Source: a virus (Duplodnaviria; Caudoviricetes). Taken from it: 64,000 bases of DNA. Position 1 is the stretch's first letter. Each line of letters begins with the position of its first letter. Positions 53,641 to 61,776 of this stretch are shown here, in pieces. The translations under genes were made by a program, and so were the position numbers. The notes under the pieces are model-generated. The model searched no databases. It saw only the letters and a list, made by a program, of their open reading frames with translations, and was not told where the DNA came from. The stretch spans positions 276 to 64,275 of IMG/VR virus record IMGVR_UViG_3300033150_000846, one strand, 5' to 3'.

Positions 53641-54193
53641 AGACACAAAGTTCTTTGAGAGGCGCGTGCCCAAAACTTGGTTTACTTGCAAGCAACATGA
53701 AGACGTGCTGTCCGCCCTCCAGAACACAACCGCCCTCAGTCTCAACAAAGTGAAACTGCTCCCGAGGCCATTGGGTATGATTAACGGAGGGTTCGACATT
53801 CTCACAAGCGGCCACCTTCGGCTCATTGGAGAGGCCCGGCACAGGTGTGCCACGCTCGTGGCCCTCTTGGACAGTGACGCAAAGCTGAGGCGAACCAAAG
53901 GGAAGCTCCGCCCGATCATGAGCTGGCCCCAACGTGCAACATCTCTATACTACTGTGGAGCCGACGCCGTCTTCGAGGTAGACAACGACTTCGAGTTCGT
54001 AACAATCGTCGGGGCCATTGACCCAGATTTTCGGGTCCTCGGAGTTGAGTACAAGGGGCACCCTTCACGGTTCCCCGGCATACCGACAATCTACGTGCGT
54101 GACAGTGGAATACACACCACCGACATCGTAACCAAGCTAATCGAGAAAATAAAAAATGAAGAGCAAAACGACGATCTCCCTGGCAAAACTTAA
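53633..54193 (+). CDS. Nucleotidyltransferase, RfaE/HldE domain II-like
   Basis: NGGFDILTSGH, LDSD..LRRTKG..RPI...QR and HTTDIV motifs. Confidence 0.88.
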   Translation: MTKDTKFFERRVPKTWFTCKQHEDVLSALQNTTALSLNKVKLLPRPLGMINGGFDILTSGHLRLIGEARHRCATLVALLDSDAKLRRTKGKLRPIMSWPQRATSLYYCGADAVFEVDNDFEFVTIVGAIDPDFRVLGVEYKGHPSRFPGIPTIYVRDSGIHTTDIVTKLIEKIKNEEQNDDLPGKT

Positions 54194-54560
54194 AAAAGAC
54201 TCGTTGAGGTTCATTGACGATATACTGGACCTGCTAAAGCTGAACGACTGGGAAGTAACCTTCTCCATAGTCTCAAAGCTACCCGACAACGACCTTGGGG
54301 AGTGCAGATGGAACTTGGAGTTTCGGGAGGCCCAAATCAGGGTAATGCGCCCCTCCAAACTGTACCCTCTGGCGGACGACAGAATGGAAGACTACAGGAC
54401 CACTATCATCCACGAGATTGCCCACATTCTATTCGCAAAGGTGACAGGAAAGCCAGGGGTTGGTCTCTCCGTCCACGAGACTATCGCCTTGGAAAACGGC
54501 GTGGAGTCCGTAACAAACGCCATTGACACTTTAATGTTTGGGAAAAGATACAAGTACTAG
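54156..54560 (+). CDS. HEXXH zincin-like protein
   Basis: TIIHEIAHI with a downstream Glu. Confidence 0.7.
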   Translation: MKSKTTISLAKLKKDSLRFIDDILDLLKLNDWEVTFSIVSKLPDNDLGECRWNLEFREAQIRVMRPSKLYPLADDRMEDYRTTIIHEIAHILFAKVTGKPGVGLSVHETIALENGVESVTNAIDTLMFGKRYKY

Positions 54561-54561
54561 T

Positions 54562-55407
54562 ATGCCGAAAATCTTGTATGAAGACACTGGCCTTCAAATA
54601 AAGCGCAATGACAATAACGGCTTCTGCGTAGTTCGCCTTCACTACACTGCCGACCCGAGAAAGCGCTCTGAAGTGTGGAAGCGTGAAGCCCAGGCTGGAA
54701 TGCGCCCCTCGGACTGGGCCATGGAATACGAAATTGACTTCAGTGCTCTCAGTGGGGACCTTGCGTTTCCCGAAATTCGGGAGCACAAGGGCCACATAGT
54801 GGTCAGACGGCCTTACCCGGAGTTCGGCCCGGACATGCCCTACTGGGGAGGCTTGGACTATGGCTCGCGCAACCCCAGCAGTGTCCACTTCTACACCATT
54901 CACGAGGGCATAACCTACTGTGTGTGGGAGCTTTACGAGCCTTGCGTAAATATCGACGAGTTTGTATACAAGGTGAAGAGTTTTCCTTACTGGGCCAGTG
55001 TGAAGTACATAGCGGCTGACCCAACCATCTTCGGGCGCACCACCCGCAATTCTCGGGGCTTACCTTCCAGCATGTACGAATTGTTCATGGAAAAAGGACT
55101 CACTAAACTCATTCGAGGCAACAACAACGAGCAGGCTTGGCTTGCAAAAATGAAGGAGCACTGGTCGGACCCAAACCGCATCACCTTCAAAATCTTCGAC
55201 TGTTGCAAAAACATGATCCAAGAATTTGAGGGAGCTGTGTATGCCTCCATGAGCGACAAGCAGAAAGCAAGCAAGAACTGGAGGGAGACTCTTGCCGACC
55301 ATAACAACCATGCCATGGACGACTGCAAATATTACATGAACAGCAGTCCAAAGACCCCCAGAATCCACCGTAGACACGTGCGAGAATTTTGGAGATTGTA
55401 CACCTAA
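54562..55407 (+). CDS. terL: Terminase large subunit, nuclease half
   Basis: LHYTADP, EYEIDF, GLDYGSRNPS, AADP and NHAMDD RNase H-like motifs; directly before the portal gene. Confidence 0.85.
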   Translation: MPKILYEDTGLQIKRNDNNGFCVVRLHYTADPRKRSEVWKREAQAGMRPSDWAMEYEIDFSALSGDLAFPEIREHKGHIVVRRPYPEFGPDMPYWGGLDYGSRNPSSVHFYTIHEGITYCVWELYEPCVNIDEFVYKVKSFPYWASVKYIAADPTIFGRTTRNSRGLPSSMYELFMEKGLTKLIRGNNNEQAWLAKMKEHWSDPNRITFKIFDCCKNMIQEFEGAVYASMSDKQKASKNWRETLADHNNHAMDDCKYYMNSSPKTPRIHRRHVREFWRLYT

Positions 55408-55456
55408 AGAGAGTCTTATGTGGTATACTGGATGGGAGTAGGCGAGGAAGGAAGTC

Positions 55457-57466
55457 GTGGCTGGACAAACAAACCCTATTTCAATGATAGATGCTGAGGC
55501 GGAGCGCAACGGGGCAAAAAAAGAGATCGTCTCGAACATCATAGACAAGTTCCAAAAAATACGCAACGCCCGGCGCAACAAAGTGGACATTTGGACTGAG
55601 TGCTGGGAGCTTTACCGAGGCAAACAGGACTTCAGCGAAAAGGAGGAATGGAACTCCAAACTTGTCCTCCCAAAAAGCTTCAACAGCGTGAAGCAAGCGA
55701 CCTCAACCATCGAACGCTTCCTAGGCATCTCGAAAGACCCTTGGAGCATTGAGCCGGTTGACCCCGACAACTTGACGCTCGGTGTCAGGGCGGGCCAACT
55801 CGCCCAGCTCGTCCAAGTCTTCCTGGAAAACGCTGGCTACAAGGACGAGTTCAGCACGGGCCTTGAAAGTGGCTTCATCATGGGCCTTGGGGTCTGGAAG
55901 CTTTGGTGGGAGCTGGCCGACAAGCCTGAACTGGCGACTGAGTCCGGCGGTCAACTTGTGGTCCGCACCGCCAAGGAAGGCCGCCTCATGGTCAAGGCCG
56001 TTGATCCCTACAACTTCTATTGGCTCCCCGGCAGTAAGCTCAACAACTGGAAGGGCACTCTCGAAGTAATTCGTATGCCGAAGTGGGAGCTCATTGAAAA
56101 AGCCAAGCAAGGCATCTTCAACGTAGCTACTTTAGAGGAAATCAAGCGCGTCAGTCCCAGCACGGTAAAAGACGAACAGCAAAAGACCATGACGCGTTTC
56201 GACGAGTACCAGTCCGACCAAGCATCACAAGAAGAAGTCGAGCTAATCGAGTACTTTGGCCCGATCGTGCGTAACAACGAGGTCGTTGAGAAGCACGGCC
56301 ACGTAATAATCGCCGACAAGACCCTCCTGTTGAGCTACAAACCCTACAAACTGTGGTCGAAGCGCTACCCTTACGTGGCCTTCAGTCCTCTCCAAGTTCC
56401 CTTCCGCACTGAGGGCGTCGGCCTCGTCGAAATGGTCCGAGAAATCGACAAGGCCCTCAACAAGCTCGCCAACCTGAGCATGGACGCCCTTCTTTTCCGC
56501 TTAATGCCGATCTTCGAGGTCTACCCCGATCTGTTCGAAAATGAAGAAGATCTTCGGACCGGCATTGCTCCCGGCAAATTCTTCATGCGCAGCATGTCCG
56601 ACATTTCCGGGGTCCGGGCCATTCAGCCAATCCAAACAGAGGACATTAGCAATGGTGCCGTCCAACTGGTCGGCTTACTCGACAGGTCTCACCAGGAAGG
56701 CGCTTTAGTCAGTGAGGTCCAGCAGTCCATGCCTCGTTGGCGGGGCGTAACGACCGCAACCGAAATTGACAAGAAGGTCGCCCAGCAAGACACTTTCTTC
56801 GGCAACCTCGCCAGCAGCATCGAAAACCACGCTTTGAAGCCAATGGTCGAGCTATCCATCGACTTAATCATGCAATACCTGGACACAAGCAATGACCCGC
56901 GCGTCCCCGCAATTCTCGGTGTCAACGCTCCGTCAATTCAAAGCTTGACCAGGAGCCAACTTCTAGAGCTCATCAACGGGCAGTACGTCGTGAAAGTGAC
57001 CGGCATCTCCAATCAAATCAAGAACGTCGAGGTCCTGCAACACCTCGTGCAGTTCTTGAACATTCTGGGACAGAACGGCGACAAGTGGCTACCCTACATC
57101 CGTCAAGATGTCCTGCTTCGGAAAATCCTGGCCGCCTTCCGAGCCGAAATTCCGGACATCGAAGACGTGATCGAAACTCCCGAGGTAGCGACTGCGAAGC
57201 TCCACGCCTTTGGAGTTGAGAAAGTCACTCCCGACATGCTCAAGTCTCTGCCGGGCATCATCAACGCCGAGAACAAGAAGATGCAGCAACTTGCCGCTAT
57301 GCAGCAGCAACAGGCTTTGCTTGCCAAGCAGCAGCAGCGGGCCGACGAGGAGCACAGCATCAACCTCTTCAAGGCCATGATGGACATTGAGCTTCGCTCG
57401 CGTGAGCTCGACATCGAGGAAATGCGGGCAAAGGCCGCAATAAAGCAAGGAGAACAAAAGAAGTAA
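55457..57466 (+). CDS. Portal protein
   Basis: 669 aa; GLGVWK, VDPYNFY, GVGLVE and TATEI motifs with a Gln-rich C-terminal coil; TGTGGTATACT upstream. Confidence 0.88.
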   Translation: MAGQTNPISMIDAEAERNGAKKEIVSNIIDKFQKIRNARRNKVDIWTECWELYRGKQDFSEKEEWNSKLVLPKSFNSVKQATSTIERFLGISKDPWSIEPVDPDNLTLGVRAGQLAQLVQVFLENAGYKDEFSTGLESGFIMGLGVWKLWWELADKPELATESGGQLVVRTAKEGRLMVKAVDPYNFYWLPGSKLNNWKGTLEVIRMPKWELIEKAKQGIFNVATLEEIKRVSPSTVKDEQQKTMTRFDEYQSDQASQEEVELIEYFGPIVRNNEVVEKHGHVIIADKTLLLSYKPYKLWSKRYPYVAFSPLQVPFRTEGVGLVEMVREIDKALNKLANLSMDALLFRLMPIFEVYPDLFENEEDLRTGIAPGKFFMRSMSDISGVRAIQPIQTEDISNGAVQLVGLLDRSHQEGALVSEVQQSMPRWRGVTTATEIDKKVAQQDTFFGNLASSIENHALKPMVELSIDLIMQYLDTSNDPRVPAILGVNAPSIQSLTRSQLLELINGQYVVKVTGISNQIKNVEVLQHLVQFLNILGQNGDKWLPYIRQDVLLRKILAAFRAEIPDIEDVIETPEVATAKLHAFGVEKVTPDMLKSLPGIINAENKKMQQLAAMQQQQALLAKQQQRADEEHSINLFKAMMDIELRSRELDIEEMRAKAAIKQGEQKK

Positions 57467-57499
57467 GCCAAAAGTTTTCTCAAACGGGAAAAGAGCAAA

Positions 57500-60127
57500 A
57501 TGAAGAAACTTTTACTAGCACTCATCATGGCAGGAGCCCTGGCTTTCGGCCAAGGAGTTGTCTCCCCGAGAATGCTCAAGCAAGGCGGAGCAGCTTCCGG
57601 CCAGTGCTTGCAATGGGACGGCTCAAAGTGGGCTCCAGCCGCCTGCACAACCTCCGCTGGCTCCGGCACCGAGTACCAATACAACAACAGTGGGAGTTTG
57701 GCAGCGGGGTTACAATGGCACTGTCCGAGCAACATTGTGGGCTTTGGGGGCTGCACCGCGAGTTTTCCAGCACTGAAGCGCTCCGGCACGAGCCTAGAGG
57801 TGCGCCTCGCGGACGACAGTGCTGACACTCTCCTCAAAGCCAGCGTCTTCAATGCCTCGACGGGCTTCCAAGTGAGCGGTGCAGCGACGACCGGAAACTT
57901 TCTTCGAGGCAATGGAACTTACTTTGTGGCCAGTGCGATTCAAGCTGGAGACGTGCCGGACCTCTCTGCTACCTACCAAACTGTCTCCGAGAAGGGCGCC
58001 GCCAATGGCTATGCTTCGCTGAATGCTTCGTCGCTGGTGGTCCAGAACCCGGCCAATGCCACCACTACACCGACCGCGAGCAAAATTCCGATTGCCGATG
58101 CTAGCGGTGATCTCGATGATGGCTGGTTTCCCTCTACGATAACCCGGGACACCGAGATCATCAAGGGTGTTGGCAGCTTGACGACGACGAACGCCATTCC
58201 CAAAGTAACGACCAGTGGAACCCTGGGAGAGGGACTGCTCCGGGACAATGGCACGCTGATCGGCTTTGGCGGCCTAACCTCGTCCTACCCGGCACTGAAG
58301 CGTTCTGGGACTGGGCTTGAAGTCCGTTTGGCGAATGATAGCACTGATGGGTATCTCAAGGCCAGTGTCCTCAATGCCACAACCGGATTTCAGGTTAATG
58401 GTGGTGCAACAACTGGACACTTCCTTCGTGGGGACGGGACCAACTTTGTATCCAGTGCGATTCAAGCTAGTGATTTGCAGGGTCTGAACTACACTTGGAC
58501 TGGTACTCACGACTTCAGTGGGGCTACTTTGGAGATACCCAACAGCACGAGTTTGCCTGGGACGTGCGCTGTTGGTGAAGTCTATGTTGACAGTGACGCT
58601 AGTGCCGGGCAGCGGCTGTATTTGTGTGAGTCTGCCGATACTTGGGTGCTTCAGACGCAGTCTGTTTACAATGTCAAGGCGTTTGGTGCTGTTGGGGACG
58701 GTACCACGGATGATACAGCAGCTATTTTCAGTGCTATCAGTGCTGCTGGTTCCGGGGACACTATCTACTTTCCTCCCGGTACGTACCTAACCTCAGGGTT
58801 TTCTGTGACAGATAAAGCGCTTAGGCTTGTCGGTGCGGGAGTAGAAGCGTCAATAATTAAAGGCAGTGAGGCAACAGGACAGGTTTTTCTGTCTAATGGA
58901 ACCAATATCAGGTCTGAAATTCGTGATCTCACTATAGATGCTGGTGGTAGTGGGATGCATGGTATGGTCTTGAACGGGTTTGGCTATGGATTGATACAGA
59001 ATGTTCGTGTAGTCGATGCATGTGACGGTATCGCTCTAGGTGCAGGAAGCGGCTACTCAACGATCAAGAAAGTGTTAATTCAGGACTCTTCATGTTACGG
59101 TGTCTACATCACTGGAGATTCTACAGGTGAGGTCACATTGGAGGATGTGCGGATAAAGAGCGAGAATGCCGCTACTACAACTACCGCTGGAATATACATA
59201 GATAAGACAACCGTTGTAGATCTAGGAGGTTTCTATCTGCGTGGTGTCCACGTTCTCGGTGTGACCGGGACATGGACTTACGGCCTTTACTACAATTCGT
59301 CTGTTGCAGGTAACTACGGTTTCTTATTCGTAGACAACAGTAACTTTGAATTACTCCCGTTTCCTATCTATATAAAGAACGTGGATCGAGGCTACATAGA
59401 GGGGTCTTGGATTAACTCGTCTGGCTCGGGAAATGATGCCATAACATTGGATGGCTCCGATTTGTTTGTAATTGCCAATAACCTATTTCAGGGAATTGGC
59501 GCTAATGGTATAGCATTGTTGAACGGAGCTCAGAGAGCAACTATTATTGGAAACGACATGAGTGGTATAGGGGGTACTACCTTCCGCTTAGACACTGTCA
59601 CGCCACCAGTAAACTTGAGTTTTGGTCTCAATCGCTTTGGTTCCGGTTCCCTTACCAACGATGTTTCTACCTTGAACTCTGCAATGGAACCTGTCAAAAT
59701 CTCGTCGCTGGAAGTTAGTGGTGGTGACTTCCTGGTGCAGTCCACGGCACCGAGCGTCGATGTAAACGAGACAGATGCAGGGACGGACGAGAAGTACTGG
59801 CGAATCTACGCCAACGGGGGCAAGTTCTACGTCCAAACGGCGAATGACGCCTACACCGCCTTCGCCAACGCGATGTATTTCGACAGATCAGGAAATTCAG
59901 CAACGGAACTTAGAATTATGACCGGACCAAGCAATAGTGACGCAGTGAGGATCAGTTCCTACGGCCTTAAGATCTACGACATGGGAACGAAGCCAGCTTG
60001 TAACTCAACCACTCGTGGTCAAATCTGGCGCGACGAAGGCGGCGCAGGGGTCGCTGACAAGTTAGAAGTATGTGCGAAGAACTCCAGCGACTCCTACGCT
60101 TGGTACCCGCTGGCTTCAATACCATAG
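57500..60127 (+). CDS. Tailspike or fibre-like protein with pectate-lyase-type beta-helix and an N-terminal signal peptide
   Basis: MKKLLLALIMAGALAFGQ; duplicated GFGG..S.PALKRSGT.LEVRLA.DS unit; NVKAFGAVGDGTTDDTAAI...IYFPPGTY. Confidence 0.8.
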   Translation: MKKLLLALIMAGALAFGQGVVSPRMLKQGGAASGQCLQWDGSKWAPAACTTSAGSGTEYQYNNSGSLAAGLQWHCPSNIVGFGGCTASFPALKRSGTSLEVRLADDSADTLLKASVFNASTGFQVSGAATTGNFLRGNGTYFVASAIQAGDVPDLSATYQTVSEKGAANGYASLNASSLVVQNPANATTTPTASKIPIADASGDLDDGWFPSTITRDTEIIKGVGSLTTTNAIPKVTTSGTLGEGLLRDNGTLIGFGGLTSSYPALKRSGTGLEVRLANDSTDGYLKASVLNATTGFQVNGGATTGHFLRGDGTNFVSSAIQASDLQGLNYTWTGTHDFSGATLEIPNSTSLPGTCAVGEVYVDSDASAGQRLYLCESADTWVLQTQSVYNVKAFGAVGDGTTDDTAAIFSAISAAGSGDTIYFPPGTYLTSGFSVTDKALRLVGAGVEASIIKGSEATGQVFLSNGTNIRSEIRDLTIDAGGSGMHGMVLNGFGYGLIQNVRVVDACDGIALGAGSGYSTIKKVLIQDSSCYGVYITGDSTGEVTLEDVRIKSENAATTTTAGIYIDKTTVVDLGGFYLRGVHVLGVTGTWTYGLYYNSSVAGNYGFLFVDNSNFELLPFPIYIKNVDRGYIEGSWINSSGSGNDAITLDGSDLFVIANNLFQGIGANGIALLNGAQRATIIGNDMSGIGGTTFRLDTVTPPVNLSFGLNRFGSGSLTNDVSTLNSAMEPVKISSLEVSGGDFLVQSTAPSVDVNETDAGTDEKYWRIYANGGKFYVQTANDAYTAFANAMYFDRSGNSATELRIMTGPSNSDAVRISSYGLKIYDMGTKPACNSTTRGQIWRDEGGAGVADKLEVCAKNSSDSYAWYPLASIP

Positions 60128-60133
60128 GGAGAC

Positions 60134-60679
60134 ATGAATTTTTGGAAACGAATATTTGGAGGTAAAAGAGAGATGCCGGAACTACCGGAGATGTTTCAGC
60201 CGGACACTTTGCTCCAACAGGCCTACCGGGCCATGTTGGACTATGTTGCCCGACTCAACCGTAATTTGATTGCTCAGTACTACCAGGCCGTGGCTAACTA
60301 CAACGCCATGGCCAAGGTGTACTGGAGCAACAAGGCAGTCATGGGCAAGGTTTCCGTGCCGCAGGTACCTCTTGGCTATGACGTGGAAATGGACAAAAAC
60401 GGCGTTCACATTGTCCGTACCGACAAGCCCGTCTGTGACCCTCTGCCCTTGTGGAAGCACGAAGAACAGCCTGAAGGCCAGATAGCGTTTGGGCAGCAAG
60501 TGGACTTCCCCATGGAGGGCAGCTACCAAGCCAGTGCTATGATTGGAGGCAAAGTGAAGACATCTACTGTGCCGCCTGGGACTGTTGTTGAGCATGAGGG
60601 AAGGAAGTACAGGCTCCAGCGCTTCAACGTTCCGGTTGGCTACGTTGCCGTCTGGGTCCCTACGGAGGTGGAAGGATGA
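60134..60679 (+). CDS. Hypothetical protein
   Basis: GGGAG SD. Confidence 0.6.
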   Translation: MNFWKRIFGGKREMPELPEMFQPDTLLQQAYRAMLDYVARLNRNLIAQYYQAVANYNAMAKVYWSNKAVMGKVSVPQVPLGYDVEMDKNGVHIVRTDKPVCDPLPLWKHEEQPEGQIAFGQQVDFPMEGSYQASAMIGGKVKTSTVPPGTVVEHEGRKYRLQRFNVPVGYVAVWVPTEVEG

Positions 60680-60879
60680 CACCAACACAGGTTTTAGCTG
60701 CCATTCAGGCTTTGGCTACGGCCACTGCCGAAATATTTAAGTGGCTCCAGACGCCGCAGGGCCAGCAGGTGGTGGAGCAGTCCCTGAAAGATCGCCAGAA
60801 GTGGGACGAGTTCTGGCAACAGGTTGGGAGCGCCCTTCACGATCTGTTCACGGGGAAAATGTTCGATGACGGCAACTGA
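60676..60879 (+). CDS. Small amphipathic protein
   Basis: ATGA overlap with the upstream gene. Confidence 0.55.
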   Translation: MTPTQVLAAIQALATATAEIFKWLQTPQGQQVVEQSLKDRQKWDEFWQQVGSALHDLFTGKMFDDGN

Positions 60880-61354
60880 CCGGAAGGCTTTACAGTTTGA
60901 CGAAAACTTCCGTGCTTGGGCAGAGGCAGTAGGAGCACCACCATGCACCCTACTGCCTCACGTGTGTCGCCCGCTGCGGGAAGACCGAATTTTGTTCTTT
61001 GGCACGGAGCAATGGCGTGCTTTCCTAGCTTCAAGTCGCTTCGTTCCATGGAATATAATGATCAAGGAGCACGCGCCCCTCGGCCGCAAAACAGCTTTTA
61101 GGGGCTTTCGGGAGGACACTCCTTTCGCTGCTCTGCAAACCGTCCTTCACATTGACCCATACTACGGCTTCTTCATCGAAGCCGATTTCGATGTGGGCAA
61201 CCCAGCCGAAGGCCTTCTGCCCCTGTTGACTCACATAGGAGAATTCTTGTGGTATCGGCTCCCCGCCCTCATCGGCAAAAGAACCAAACTAACTAACCCT
61301 TACCTCATCCGAAGGCTTTTGGCCCGTCGGGGCATTAAGGCCCGAAAAGTGTAG
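60866..61354 (+). CDS. Hypothetical protein
   Basis: Packed co-directional ORF. Confidence 0.55.
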   Translation: MTATDRKALQFDENFRAWAEAVGAPPCTLLPHVCRPLREDRILFFGTEQWRAFLASSRFVPWNIMIKEHAPLGRKTAFRGFREDTPFAALQTVLHIDPYYGFFIEADFDVGNPAEGLLPLLTHIGEFLWYRLPALIGKRTKLTNPYLIRRLLARRGIKARKV

Positions 61355-61382
61355 AGCGATGGTATAATGGGAAGTGTTGGCC

Positions 61383-61458
61383 GCTGGTGTAGCTCAATTG
61401 GTAGAGCGGTGGGTTTGTAACCTACGGGTTGAGGGTTCGAGTCCTTCCACCAGCTCCA
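61383..61458 (+). tRNA. trnT: tRNA-Thr(TGT)
   Basis: Acceptor GCTGGTG/CACCAGC, D arm GCTC/GAGC, anticodon loop TT-TGT-AA, GAGGG-TTCGAGT-CCTTC T arm and encoded CCA; TGGTATAAT upstream. Confidence 0.95.
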
Positions 61459-61475
61459 AGTTTTGAGGAGGAAAG

Positions 61476-61766
61476 ATGATTGCTGAAGGAACAAAGACCG
61501 TCTCCAGTGCTGGTACAGCCGAAAGACTTTCAGCGACTGACGTGTACGTCTTCTGGCTGACCATTCAGGCCGATCCGTCTAACACAGGCAATGTATATCT
61601 TGGTGGGGACTCAGTCTCTTCGTCTTCCGGGATTCAACTGGCACCAGGTGACAGTCACCACTTCCCGCCGATAAGCCGCTACTACGTCTATAACCTGAAA
61701 AACATCTGGGTGGACGTAGGTGAAGACGGTGAAGGTGTAAAGTACATTGCCGAGCAGCGCTACTAA
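61476..61766 (+). CDS. Small beta-rich structural protein
   Basis: IQADPSNTGNVYLGG..V....GIQLAPG; GAGGAGG SD. Confidence 0.65.
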   Translation: MIAEGTKTVSSAGTAERLSATDVYVFWLTIQADPSNTGNVYLGGDSVSSSSGIQLAPGDSHHFPPISRYYVYNLKNIWVDVGEDGEGVKYIAEQRY

Positions 61767-61776
61767 GGAGTAGTCC

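Larger units (their letters stand above)
1963..57710. repeat. Dispersed 15-bp motif ACCCCGCTGCCAAAC / GTTTGGCAGCGGGGT, 16 copies
   Basis: GTTTGGCAGCGGGGT on + at 2349, 7413, 13062, 22144, 24295, 29555, 35616, 40991, 52622 (first base C) and 57696. ACCCCGCTGCCAAAC on + at 1963, 7044, 17555 (one T>C), 22445, 38077 and 49682 (first base C). Confidence 0.95.

Noticed and set aside
52657-53919. Long antisense ORFs (this one, 11716-12705, 31864-32802 and similar)
   Set aside because: They are shadows of well-supported genes on the opposite strand, with no motifs or ribosome-binding sites.
53641-54561. Intron or intein interrupting terL
   Set aside because: No group I or II core elements or intein motifs were seen; the interval is filled by two ordinary overlapping genes.
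57730-58480. Duplicated segment as a diversity-generating retroelement TR/VR pair
   Set aside because: Both copies are in frame within one protein, differences are not adenine-specific, and no reverse transcriptase is present.
61383-61458. tRNA as a prophage attachment boundary
   Set aside because: Phage genes continue on both sides, and I saw no integrase or duplicated tRNA 3' end.
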